Part shown: in pieces, positions 1-21,200 of the stretch
Layout of the letters: the number at the start of each line of letters is the position of its first letter
How positions within the stretch are numbered: position 1 is the stretch's first letter
NCBI GenBank assembly: GCA_964188305.1
Contig: OZ076888.1
Reading direction: 5' to 3' (one strand)
Source of the DNA: Podarcis bocagei
Lineage: Eukaryota
DNA length: 64,000 bases
Translations under genes and position numbers: made by a program
The notes under the pieces: generated by a model
The model's database searches: none
Told to the model about the DNA's origin: nothing
Seen by the model: the letters and a program-made list of their open reading frames with translations, nothing else

Positions 1-32
1 ACAGAGAATCAAGTGTGTTTAATTTGCCACAG

Positions 33-8064
<8,032 letters not shown>

Positions 8065-8538
8065 CTGACTTCAATGGCACTAAAAAAACATCAAGGACAA
8101 TATTTCTGCTACAGTGGAAGAAATCTAGGAAGATCTTCAGTGAGCTTGGGGATTTCTCTGAAACATAAAGTAGCATACAGTCCAGTCCTTACTTGTCTGC
8201 CATTTCCAGTGGAATCAACAGTGACAGCATTGGGAGGAAACTGAAAAAAAAATCACGACGAATGGATGAAATATAATCAGAGATTAATTTGTACAAGTGG
8301 ATTATGGGTTCATTTCTTGGGTTGCTGTCATCCTCAATTTATACAGAATGTTTTTTATTAAACGAATTAAAGCTGCGAACTGTCAGGATTTTTACACTAT
8401 TTTCTGTCAATTTCATATAAGCATCTCTACATTGCACACCTTGTAATCCCATAATTAGTAATGGAGAACAATAGGTTTTATATTATGTTTAGCCTTTTCA
8501 TCTGGAATTATTTATCTTCTTTTCCCTGTACTGTTACA

Positions 8539-8544
8539 AATAAA
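8539..8544 (+). promoter_or_regulatory. Candidate poly(A) signal for PDE6C
   Basis: AATAAA ~475 nt after the stop; position-based inference only. Confidence 0.4.
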
Positions 8545-9384
8545 GTTGCAGCAGATGTCATGTTAGTAGCTGTAATTCCAGCATCAGATTTGTGCCTATA
8601 AACAGACCTATTGCACATGCATATATACACCTTGATCCAGAGAGTTTCAATGGGTGCAGGAGCTGTAGTGCAGAGGTGAGCAGTCTTAAGGCCCGCAGGA
8701 TCAACTTTGCTTTTTTTACTAGCATACCAAGGTTCACCAACCAGAGCCAGATGCAAAATAGTGGTTCAAGAGGGAGGACGAGTGCTCAGAAATAATGACA
8801 AGGCACCTCTGTTCACTCTTGGTCTCCCACCCAGGCTTTGCTTCAGAAGCTTAACTTAGGTGTTGCAGAGGGGGGGAGCCTGTTAGTTACTGCTATCAGT
8901 TATCTGAGAATCAGACAACCTTGCCAATTTCCCAGAGATCACAACCAGCCTTCAGTCCACTCTAGAGCAGATAGGGAGAAATCCCATCCACAAGAGCTGC
9001 CCTATTCTTAAAAGGAGGTAGTAAATATTTGCCCATTATTTTGCATATGTGGATCTGTTGGATCCACTGTAATGAATGGAAGGTTCATGTACACACAAAC
9101 TCTTGTGTTCTGCTAATCACCTCTGCAGTGTGGGAGCTACTGTAGTGTGGCTCTTTCCCACACTGAAAAGATAACAGTCTGAAACCTGAGACCACGTTGG
9201 TGGAACCCGTGCTGTATATCGTTCATCTTCACACCAGTATTCCCGTTTCCATACCCTTCCCACATAACTTGGCACTTCCCATGATAGCTTTGTGGTACAA
9301 AATGAATCGTGTGGTAAAAAGTATGTGAGAAGGCAGGCTATCTGCTAACAAATCACATAAACACAGCAATTTTATTGGTCATGA

Positions 9385-9700
9385 CACTAGAACTTGGGGC
9401 CATTCAATGATGCTGAATGTTGGGAGATTCAAGATAGACAAGAGAAAGTACTTTTTCACTCAGTGCATATGGAATTCATTTCCCCACAATGTACGATGAC
9501 CATCCACTTAGCTGGAGGATAAGGCTATCAATGGCTATTAGCCGAGATGTCTATGTTCTGCCTCCCCTGTTGGAGCCATTATGCCTCTGTATACCAGTGG
9601 CTGGACATGCTTGTGGGCTTCTTACAGGCATTTGGTTGGCTACTGTGAGACCAGGCTGTTAGACTAGATGGGCCTTTGCCTGATTTGCCAAGCCTCTTTT
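9385..9700 (+). mobile_element. Degenerate CR1-like LINE 3' fragment
   Basis: gctgaatgttgggagattcaagatagacaagagaaagtactttttcac...ggaggataaggctatcaatggcta; homologous to the reverse copy at ~23830-24270. Confidence 0.6.
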
Positions 9701-11976
9701 GTTCAAATCAGCAAGGGTAGTTTACAAATGGACATCTGTCTTGAAAGCAACCCCCCACCAAAACTCAAGCTCAGTCCTTGAATAAGCACTAATTCTCACT
9801 CAGTAAACAATGTAAAACCCTTCTCAACCCAGTTGTAAATACTTTGGCCAAAATCTAAAAGCCTGAATGCAGCTCACAGGCATTTGTTTCCGAAAAAGCT
9901 TCAACCACCATGCAAGTTAAGCTAACAGTTTTAACTCCATGTGCATATACAGATGTTGTATATGGAAAACTCTGGCCATTACATAGCATTGAGCATCCAG
10001 TCCATATCTATTAATCTTTTCAGAGTATGCTTGATCACTATGGGCAAAGGAAATATCTTTCATTGATAAATCTTTATCTGCTGTGCACTAGGTTACTGAA
10101 ATTAAAACACAACTGCAGCAATTTTTTCAAATGTGCTATGACTATGATCCTCAGATCATTTTAGTATCAGATGTTTCACTAAGCCAGCCATTTTGTTTTT
10201 ATACGTCCAAATAGTGGCAAATACCTTAGGGGCAGAAATGCAAATACAGCTGTACAGCACCTGCTTCTATAAACTTCTAAACATGCTACAAAAATGTTTC
10301 TGAAAAGGGTCAAAGCTATACAAAATACAAGAGTAACCCAATGATACAGTGCTTCATTAAAATTTATCATTTGTTCGATTATTGATTACTGGGCCAAATA
10401 TTTTATGCAGACTTTTACAATGCCATAAAAATATATAACTATATTATTTTTCTGTATAGATACAAGCAAGAGATACTAAGGTTGCTGTTGATCATATACT
10501 TTGTATTAAAACAAAAAGCAGCATATTAAATATGTACTGACCATTTTTTATAACTGCACTGGAAAGACCTACAAGAAAAACTGGACCTCGACAATGGACA
10601 CTTTATAGTGTTTGAAGCAGCAGATATTGTAGTGGACTCTTCCAAAGCCCTGAGAGACATGTTACACAGATGCAAGCTGATTGTTGCTTATTGGATTTGG
10701 CTCCCAACCAAACTTACAAGAAGGCAAAGATTTAACCTTTAAATCCACCTTCTTACCTAAAGAAGCCTTCACACACAGACAGCTACCTTTCTTTGCTATT
10801 CAAGGACACCCTTAATGATTTATCTTCCTTCTGTGTGCATGAATGCTGAAAAATATAATGAAATAACATTAAATGTGTGTAGAGATGTTCCAATATTCAC
10901 TCAAGCTGTACACCAGGGTAAAAACATGTTCATGAATATATTGTGAATATGTTCAATTAGCGTTATTTTTTTTAAAACCTCTGGTCTTTTATTACCTGGC
11001 ATATTTAATTGTTTACTGTCAAAATGATAAGCACACTACTTTAAATATAATTGTTCCACGCATCCCCAAAAAATTAAATGTAAATGTCATGCAAAAATAT
11101 GCTAATTTCTTTTTAAACCTTATTTCACATTGCTCAGGGACCAAACAAGATAGTTATTTTCGAGCATATTATTTATTAGAAGCATATGGTAAAATGGATT
11201 TAAGATATGTTGTACTTTGAAGAGGGGAGAAAGAACCAGGCTGAAAGGTTGTGGGTTCTCGTCTTGCTGTATGCTCAGGATTACATTCTAAAGGAAGATT
11301 ACTGTTCGTTCACTGCTAAGGGGATCAGAAATCATGGATAATGCTTAAGCCGCATGTACCTTTGCCCAAGGCAAGCCATCTCCCTCGTTCATTAAAACAA
11401 AATGTGACAGTTAACTTAGTTCCCAGTCTTACGTATCTATCCTTCAGAAATAGCTAGCCATACAAGCGCTCATGCTAGTCTCACCTTTGATCACCAAACC
11501 TAAGCATTCCCTCTAACAGCAAACTTTAATAGCAAACTGACTGCTAATAAGATTGGAGTCAAAACAGAAGTGCTGAGGAAGAAGAGGAAGGTATCAGTGA
11601 CGCTGGGTAAGTTCTGAGGAATGCAGAACTACAAAGCAATAAAAGGCCCCAAAATTGCCTCTGCATATTCGTTTGGTGTTTGTTTGTTTGTTTTTAAAAA
11701 GTGAACATTAATCAGCTGCTCTGTTCATCAGAGAATGCTGACTCTTATCATAGTTTTTGAATGTAGTATATCACATGGAAATAATCTCTTAAACTACTGC
11801 AAAAAAACCACAATCTTATGCCAGATATCTAAGTGAGCCTGTGGAGAAATGTTGTGCTGGATAATTCTTATGCAATTAAAACCATATTTAAAGAAAAGTC
11901 AGGTATGAAATTGGAAGCTTGATGTTTATTTACGGATTTTGATGATCCACGAAGTTCCAGATTTCCACATTACATT

Positions 11977-12019
11977 TCAGAGAAATAAGTCTTGAAAATA
12001 CTCATCAAATTCTTCTTCC
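11977..12019 (-). CDS. FRA10AC1: FRA10AC1 last coding exon (EEEFDEYFQDLFL*)
   Basis: cag|G ... TGA; conserved C-terminal peptide. Confidence 0.95.
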
Positions 12020-15000
12020 CTGTAAAACAATAGCAAATGGTATTAAGAAGAAGCTCGAGGGGGGGACGACAACATGCATGCAGTCATTTTCATTTACTCA
12101 CAAGGACATTTTTCAGTCCAAGGTGTGGTACACCTTTTAGGTGTGCTGGCAGGGTCTGTGCTGACAAAAACATTGCACTATTGGGGCATATTGTTAAGCA
12201 AACATGCTTACAAAAATGCTTACAACTTATGGTGGCATGGCAGAGGTGCTGTACCAATCTTGCAAATAGATAACACGTGCGCAAACAGTAATGCCAGGGT
12301 TGTTAGAGCATTCAAATGTGTGAAATGGCTGAAACAAAACTGAGAAACCTATGGGAAGATTGAAATCGAAGGGGAATGTTCCCAAAGGATGGTGCTGCCT
12401 GCAGTGAGGCCCAAACTGCATCCTCGCCCACATTTAAAATGTCTTCCTGAACCTCCCAGACACCAATTGTTACCTTCCTTCTAAGGCTGGTGCTGTCTGT
12501 CTTCACCCTGTTGTATGACTGGCCCTGGCTGATAGATTTTTGACTATGCGATTTGCCCGCCACTTTCCCTCTTTTAGAGGCAGAGCAAATTTTATTTTAC
12601 AAAGTCTCCAAATAAGTCTGCAATTTACAGAGAGGAGTTCTCTTCTCTGTTTCGTTTACTGAAGGAGGACATCTGCCCATAAAGGTTAACTGTAATTGTT
12701 ACAAATTTGAGGAAAAATGACGTAATTATATTTATTTTAAATAAGCACCATTGTTTTAAAACAAACAGCTACTCATAAAAAAACTGACCGCGTTTTCTCT
12801 TCAGTTTCTTGTGGCGGACCCTTCCAAAAATCAGCATCTGAGGGACCATCTTGCTCGTCATTATTGACAGAATCTGTGAATGAAAGAGTAGTATTTAAAA
12901 TGATTTTAGGAATGTCACATTTTAAACTATGTTTGTAAGCTGCCCAAAGTGGCTGGGGAAACCCAGCCAGATGGGTGTGGTGTAAATATAACAACAACAA
13001 CAACAACAACAAAAATAATAATCTCAAAGCATTTTCTTTAATAACAAGTCTTTCACAATCCAATGAAGGTAACATTCTCAGTCTATTTTTTGTAAATATT
13101 AAAACAGGAGAAGAATTAGGAACAACAGGCTTATGGATAAGCTGCAACTATATTTAGCTAGCTTATATTCCAATATCAACATTGTGAAAAAGACTGACCA
13201 AGCCTTTCCTCTTTAAAATCCATCCCTTTGTAATCATGGTGTGCTTTTCTTCCTAAACAGGTAATTTTGGCATGTGATTTTGTGCGCTACAGCCCAACTG
13301 CATGAAGGCATAAGAGGAACAAATATTGTTACAGGTTTAAATGACTTGTGTTTATCACCTCTTTTCCTAATCCCAAACAAAGTATCTTTTTTAAACAAGG
13401 CAAAAGATGCAATGCAACTAAATAGCCAATGTGGTTTGGGTCCCAACAGCCTATCGGCTGCTGGATTACAAACTGTAATTTTTTGCACTTCCACATTAGC
13501 ATCAGAATGTACTTTCTTGCCACCTATCAACTCTGCATTGCGTTCAGTGGAATGGACATTTGAATGTGTATTCAAAATGCAGTCCCCAATCCACATCTTT
13601 GTACATCTGGCAGCACCTAAGTCCTTTTTTTAAAAAAAAGAAAAGAATTTGGAGCACGGCACTTAATGCTTACTTGGGGTAGAAAATCTCCTGGTAACAT
13701 GAGCTTCTTGCCGGCATTTTACAGAACGGGCAACATGTGTCTATCTGGGTCACAAGCGTTTAGGAGGCCAGGCTCAAGGCTGGCCCAGGGACCTGCCTGC
13801 CTCTCCTCCACTTTGACTGACATGCTCAACAGGAATATGGCTGCGGTAATGGGCCCACCACTCCTTTAAGCCAAAAATCAAGATTTCACCTGCAATTTAG
13901 TTACCTTTGTCAGAATCGTCTGATTCTTCTAAGAATGTCTGATCTGAAAAGAGACATTTTTAGAATTTTATGTTAGTTACACATCTGGTTATTAAAATAC
14001 ATGTACAAATATCATGTTAGAAACTCAACATCAACCTAGCAATTCCTGGCATTTGATAAGGCCAGAGAGAAATGCTAAAAAATAATAATTATGGTTTTTA
14101 ACTAGTAAGTCTCAAATATAGAACAAATGCTTTTGGTTAATACCTAAATGTCAGTTTTCAGCAAATGAGTTTACCATGAAATGTTGCTAAATGTCCAACA
14201 TAAACATAGTGACCCAGGACTACATAAAGGCTAGTTCATTGGACAACAGGCTGCTTCCTCCACCAGGCCTCCTGTGCACAAATTCTCCTTCTACCCTCAG
14301 CCGTAATTTGCAAACCACATGAAACACAGATAATCTTAATTTAGCACCTGAAACCAAGGTTTGGCTTGAAATGTCAGGTTAGAAGCACCCCAGGACAGAG
14401 AGATTTGCTTTCAAACCTACTTGGGAAACCTTCCCACCTGTAGGAAATAGACCAGGCATTTTCCCAGTTCCCCTCTTCCTCCCATGTTTGTCCTTTCCTC
14501 TCACAACCGGATGTGATCTGCAATCCCACAGGCACACAAATCCTCCTGAGTCGAATCGGCTAGCGGTTTTCCAAACCACAAAATGTACATGTAGAGTCAA
14601 ACATTCAACTATGAATGTTAACATTTTAAAACAACCTTGCTTTAAGCATAAAGGTTTCTTTTACCTTTATGGCTCTTTCTTTTCTTTGGCTTGTGTCTGT
14701 GAGGTGAAGATAATCTTGTTTTCTTTGAAGCTTTGGAGCTTTGTTCTGTGCTTGCTCTCTTTTTCGTTGGTGTGACTTCCTTCCTCCTTTATAAAAGGGA
14801 GTGGGTGTTAAAAGTTCTATCAATGTGTTTATCCAGCAACAAAAATATTACAGAAATATATAGTGGGTGGGGAAGGGCTCTTTATAATTCCTGAACAGCC
14901 AACCCTGAAAAAATCAGGAAATTTGATGTTTTGAAACTGATCAATTTGAACATAGCATGGATGTTTTTTGTGTAAGAAAAGATGTTTCCTGTATGCTCTA

Positions 15001-15188
15001 ATAAAAGAGAAAAGGTTTGAGCTAACTCAGCTGCTTCCAAAAAAGGGCCACATCTTAGTTGAACATAAAGGTGCAGAGTGTAACCTGAATCAAAGCTTAA
15101 CCCCAGAACTGTGTAATGCTATCAATCAGTTCTTGAACCAGGAAAGTAGAAGAAGTGTCAATAAACATGCATACACATTTCCCCAATC

Positions 15189-15235
<47 letters not shown>

Positions 15236-18200
15236 TTATGCCCCACCCTCCCTGGCCAGATCTGCGCTCAGGGCAGATAACACCAATAAAATCACAGTAA
15301 AAACATAATGGGGGGGGGGGACCGGACCAATTTAAAATACAGGTTAAAATGCAATTTAAAATGCAGCCTCATTTTAAAAGTAGACGATAAATCAAGACCA
15401 TAAGGGGAGGGAAACATAATGGTCAGACTGAGTCCAAACCAAAGGCCAGGCGGAACAGCTCTGTCTTGCAGACCTTGCGGAAAGATGTCAAGTCCCGCAG
15501 GGCCCTAGTTGTGACAGAGCATTCCACCAAGTCGGGGCCAGTACTGAAAAGGCCCTGGTCCTAGTTGAGACCAATCTAACCACCTTGCGGCTCGGGACCT
15601 CCAAAATGTTGTCATTTGTGGACCTTAAGGTCCTCCGCAGGGCATACCAGGAGAGGCAGTCCCATAGGTACGTGGGTCCTAGGCGGCATAGGGCATGAGG
15701 GGACTTTACGCATACACAAGCAGATTTCCATATGTGTATATGTGTAGCTGGACTAGCAAAGAGGTGCTTCAAGGCTCTGCTCCCCAATCCAACAGCTGAG
15801 ATTTCAGTTTTGGAAAAGCTGGAAACAGTTGCTTGGGAGAGGAAGATAATTTCAGGTTGTGGCAAACATCTGTTGGGGAACTCACTGGAGCAGATCATGG
15901 AATCATAGAATTGTAAAATTGGGCGTGACCCCAAAGGTCATCAAGTCCGATCCCCTGCAATGTTGCAAATACACCAAGGGGAGGAGATGAAACATAACCC
16001 CGCCGACATAGCATTGTGCATACAACTCAGTATACCCATATATATATATATATATACAAAGACTGTACTTTCATTACCTGTGGTGAAAGTTTAATTTGTA
16101 AGAGCATTCGGGACAAAGCCCTTAAAAAAAGAGGGAAAAAAGAAGAATTAAATGTAGAGGAATTAAATTATCCCCATAATTTTTACATCTAACATCAATT
16201 ATACCCATATCCTCAGTTTTTGTAAGATTGCCATGTCTAGCATGTCACACATGCTGCACACTAATCAAAACCGTCAGCACTAATTCTGCCTTTTAATAAA
16301 TAAATCGGAAAAGCATTATTAAAAAAACACTTGTGGAGGTTTTCAACTAAGTTGTTGTGTGTGCGTGTGGAATGAGGTCTGCCCGCACAGAAGGAATTTC
16401 CTCACTCTCCTGCCATCCACACTGCCCAAATGTCCTCTGGAGCATTGCTGGGACCCCCAGGACAGGTTTAGGGCACACGGGGGAGTCGCACAGGGGGAGG
16501 AGAAAGTGGGAAAGTCTCATAGAAAGAGCAGACCTTGTTCCTTGTGTGCACGCCCCACTTAGTGCTACGCTGGGGTAAGCATAACCAAACTCAATGGGAC
16601 TTACTTTTGAGTAGATATGTGTTGGACTACCCTGTTGTTCAACCAAAGAAATCTTTGGTGGCCTTTGAACACAACACTAAGACATAATTTAACCACTAGA
16701 GGGATTAGCCTGAGCAAAGGGTTGGGCTCATTTGCTCCCTGCTCACCTCTTTTGGCGCAGAAGGTGGTTTTCAGCAAAGCCAAACAACCCACATTCTACA
16801 GAAATCAGCTGGTTTGGAATGGATCCAGACTGCACTCCCCTTCTGTGAACTCTGTACTTTAAAAAATCCTGTAATGGGGGTTTATAAAAGTCCTAATGTA
16901 ATTTTCTAACCCGAGTGAGCATCAACAGTAATAATTCAGCTGGCCAGATCCATTTATAATTAGCTGACTAAACCACTTTGAGGTTTTCTTAAAAGTAAGC
17001 AGTGTATTGTTAAATAAAAATAAAAATCAAAGCTCACTGTTAGAACTCACTTAATTTAACAAGTGCGTTTTTCTTTTCGCCATGCTCAACGTAACCAAAA
17101 TTCACCTCCCAACTCTTCAAGCCTTCTTTCTCATCACAGTGCTTACTTCCACAGGAAAACTGACCTAGAAAGCAGGCAAAACAGAAAACAGCACTAAATT
17201 TATCTCTCCCCAGGTAAGTTGCTAACAATTCAGTTAACTGTTAAGGATATTTAACAAGAGGGCCTTCTCAGTAGTGGCACCCTCCCTGTGGAACACTCTC
17301 CCTTCAGATGTCAAGGAAATAAACAACTATCTGACTTTTAGAAGACAGCTGAAGGCAGCCCTGTATCAGGAAGTTTTTAATGTTTAAGGTTTCAATATGT
17401 TTCGATATATGCTGTGAGCCGCCCAGAGTGGCTGGGGAAATGTTATTATTATTATAACATCATGCGGTATTTACAATGAAGATTAGGTTAGTGTAAATCA
17501 GATACACTCTCCAGCACTTTGCATAGGCAAGGGAAGAAAAATAATATATTGCAAGAGCAAGCAAGTGCAATAACACTGTTTCCTTGGTTCTACATAATTA
17601 TTTGATGGTCCTGGAATGCCATATCCACACAGTTCTATGGTCCAAAATCTAAGACATTGAGAAATATGAGTAATATATTGAAATCATTCCATTAGTGCAC
17701 AATCCTAAACCAGCATGCCTATTTCAATGGCTGGAGGGGTGTTAGAAAAGAACTCTGCCGTGTGGGGGGTGGGGGCCGCCCCAAGACAGAAGCCCTTGCT
17801 ATGCCTAGGAAGGAGTCAAGTTCCCACCAGTGACAAACCCCAAACTGGAACATTATAAAGCATGGGGAGGTGGATCCCCAGGGGGCCTAACCCCAGGGGA
17901 AGAATAACAAAAAGAAAAGGAACCTGCCCTCCCACCTTCTGCTCGGGCCAGTGTGAGCCAGTGCAGCTTCAGATGTGGTGGTAGCTGGAGCAGTAGTGTA
18001 CTGTGGGGTCTCAAATTTCAGTGGCACCCTGTGCAACACCCTGTTTTTCATCCTGCATTCTAAACCATGGTTGCAGCGGCCCCGAGGCTCCACGCCCAGT
18101 GCAACTGAACCAGTTGTGTTGCCCTAAACCCAGTTCTGGGAGAGCTTCCACTCTAGCTTCTCCATGCCGCTTATTACTGGGATGGATACTGGCAGAGCCA

Positions 18201-21200
18201 GCCCACTGATGAGGCGGGGTGAAGCAGCTACCCCAGGAGGTGTTCCCACAGTCACCCAGTCCACCCCACTGCCACCAGACAAGCACCCCAGGCAAGGGAG
18301 GCTTTGGTGGGGCCATGGCGGAACCATGTTCTGCTGTCCAGCTTTGCCGCTGGTCTCCCCCACCCCTAGGAGTGGAGAAGGGTGGGTGGCCCAGCTGAAC
18401 AGAATGCTTCACCTCTTACCCAGCAGGGTGGGGAGGATTTGCAAGGGCTTTTCCTTGAGGGGAAGCCCCTTGCAGACCCACATGCCCTTCTCGGGACCAC
18501 GGGGGTAACAGCAGTGTGCCAACTCATCCCAGACCTCCCCTGGGTACTGGCACTGATGTTCCTGATCCTGGTGACTCCTTTGTGTGTTTTAAATTATTTT
18601 TGTTAATTCTCCCCACCTCTCCAACCCCACTTTATGCCACGTTTTAACCTGTTGAAACTTCCCCAGGTTTTCCAAAAGCAGGTTGCCACAGAATCATAGA
18701 ATTGCAAGGCACACCTGAGAGTCACCTAGCGGAATCTCAGCTAAGGCATCCATGACAGCTGGCCATTAAAGCAACCTCTGCTTAAAAACCTCCAATGAAG
18801 GGGAGTGTTGTGTTGGAGTGAAGGTTGTGCTGCAATTCAGAACAAACCATTTAAAACCCCTGATAGGGATGCATAGCTGGACTCTGTACTGTGCACGTCT
18901 TTCTTAGGATGCTGAACTTCAGTAACGAAACGGGCACAGCATGTGGCAGCCTTGTTTCAGCATGTCCCACGAATGAAAGCCCAACATCTCGTTTGATTTC
19001 ACTGGCTCTGTTGTGTTCCTAACCCCGTGTGTAGTACCAGCGACATACAGCCTCTCGGAAAATGAGACCTCCCCATGCCTAGCGAGTGGTAACTATCTGT
19101 ATTAATAGGCTCACCTCCAGAACTGTTTTTGAAAGATTAACCTCAGAATGTTCTGCCTAAGCTGCTAACCAATGGATTGACAGTGTCCTCAGATACTTCA
19201 CTTCTGCTGTGCAAAACCAACCGTAATGCTAAAGCAGGAACCAAAGAGCACAGAATGCTGCTGCTCATTTACTTCTCCAAATGAATTAAGAGACACGCAG
19301 TCAACCCTGGTTAAAAGAACATTTGAATATTTATACAAAACACACAAACGGGAAGCATCAGGGTTTGTTTGTTTGTTTCATCAATACGGTGTATTTTGTT
19401 TTAATTTACACTTACAGCAATCTGATGCCAGCATTAAAACTCTGGCTGATGGTGATGGGTTGGGATTGTAGCCCATGCTTCAAGACATATGCACAAAGGA
19501 GACAAAGGATGTGCCTGATTAATAGGCTGATTTTTAGACACAACAGAGCTCTTAATCTAAGAGGGGAGGAATCAAAATATATTTAAGGACCCTCAAAGGC
19601 TTGAGCTGCTGTGGCACAAAACAGCCGTTGGGGAACCTTGGAAGAGGGGATTTAAGTCACTTAAGGGTTAGGCTGATCACTTTGTTTAATGGTATGGAGG
19701 AATCTTCTCTGACAGCTGATTGGCAAGTATCTCTGGATGCTTCACCCTCAGCCGTACTGTATCTCTTAACTCACTTGCTGGAGTCATTGCGCTCTATCTA
19801 CGTCCTAGTGGTTTGGCGCAATATTTCCTGTTCGTGGTTGGTATAACTATTTATTTATTAAATCTGTATGCCACCCTTCATCTGAAGATCACAGGGTGTT
19901 TCACAACATAAAAATGTGAAATGCAAAAACAAATTACATAATAAAACAAAAACAAACCAATAATCCCCCTCCCACAAACACATTTAAAGGCCATATAATG
20001 TTTAATCAGCCAAAGGCCTGGTTACAGAGAAGTGTTTTCATCTGGTGCCTAAGGATAAGTAATGAAGGTGCCAGGCGAGCCTCCCTGGGGTGAGCATTGC
20101 ACAAACAGGCAGCTACCACAGGAAAGGCTCTTTCTTGTGTTGCTGCCCTCCAGACCTCTCACGGAGGAGGCACAGAAATAAGGGCCTTGGACGACGATTG
20201 CAGGGTCTGGGTATTCATTTGGGGAGAGGTGGTCCTTGAAATATTGTGGTCCTGAGCTGTTTAAGGATTATAGGTAGAAAACATCACTTTGAATTGGGCC
20301 AGTGCAGTTGGGCCAGGATCAGTGTAATATGCTCAAACTGCTTTGCCCTGGTGAGCAACCTGTGTGCTGAATTCTGAACCAGCCAAAGTTTCCAAACCAT
20401 CTTCAGAGGCAGCCCTACGTATAACGTGCTGCAGTAATCTAACCTAGAGGATACCAGAGCATAGGCAATAGTAGTTATCTGGGGCATAGCTGAGTCACCA
20501 GCTGAAGCTGGCAGAAGGCACTCTGCGCCACCGAGGCCACCTGAGCCTCAAAGGATCCAGAAGTAGCCCCATGCTGTGTACCTGTTCCTTCAGAAGGAGT
20601 GTAACCCCATCAAGAGCAGGCAACCTCCCATCCATCTTGGAACCTCCCATAACAATGCCTCAGTCTTCTCTGGATTGAGATTCACTTTGTTGGCTCTCAT
20701 CCAGTCCATTACTGATGTAAGGCAGTGGTCCAGCACATCCACTGCCACACCTGCAGATAAAAAGGAGGAGGAGAGCTGTGTGTCGTCAGCTCTTTGCTCA
20801 CAACATACTCCAAACCTCCAGATAGCCCTACTCAGCAGCTTTATGTAAATATTAAACAGCATGGAGGATAAAAACGAACCCTGAAGGAACCCCACATTGA
20901 AGGCTCCCTGGGTCTGAAGATGGGTCTTGGTACTTCCCAAGCGTCACCCTCTGGAAACGACCACCCAAGTAGGACGGGAATCCCCATAAAGGAGTGCCAC
21001 CACCCTAACTTCGACAGCTATGGTAGAAGGATACCATGGTCAATGGTATTGAAAGCCACTGAGAGGTCAAGGAAAATGGTCTTTCTCCCAACAGAGTTCA
21101 TCATACAGGGTGACCAAAGCTCTTTCTGTGCCAAAAGCAGACCTAAACCCTGACTGAAATGGATCTGCAAAATCAGTTTCCTCCAAGAATGTCTGGCATC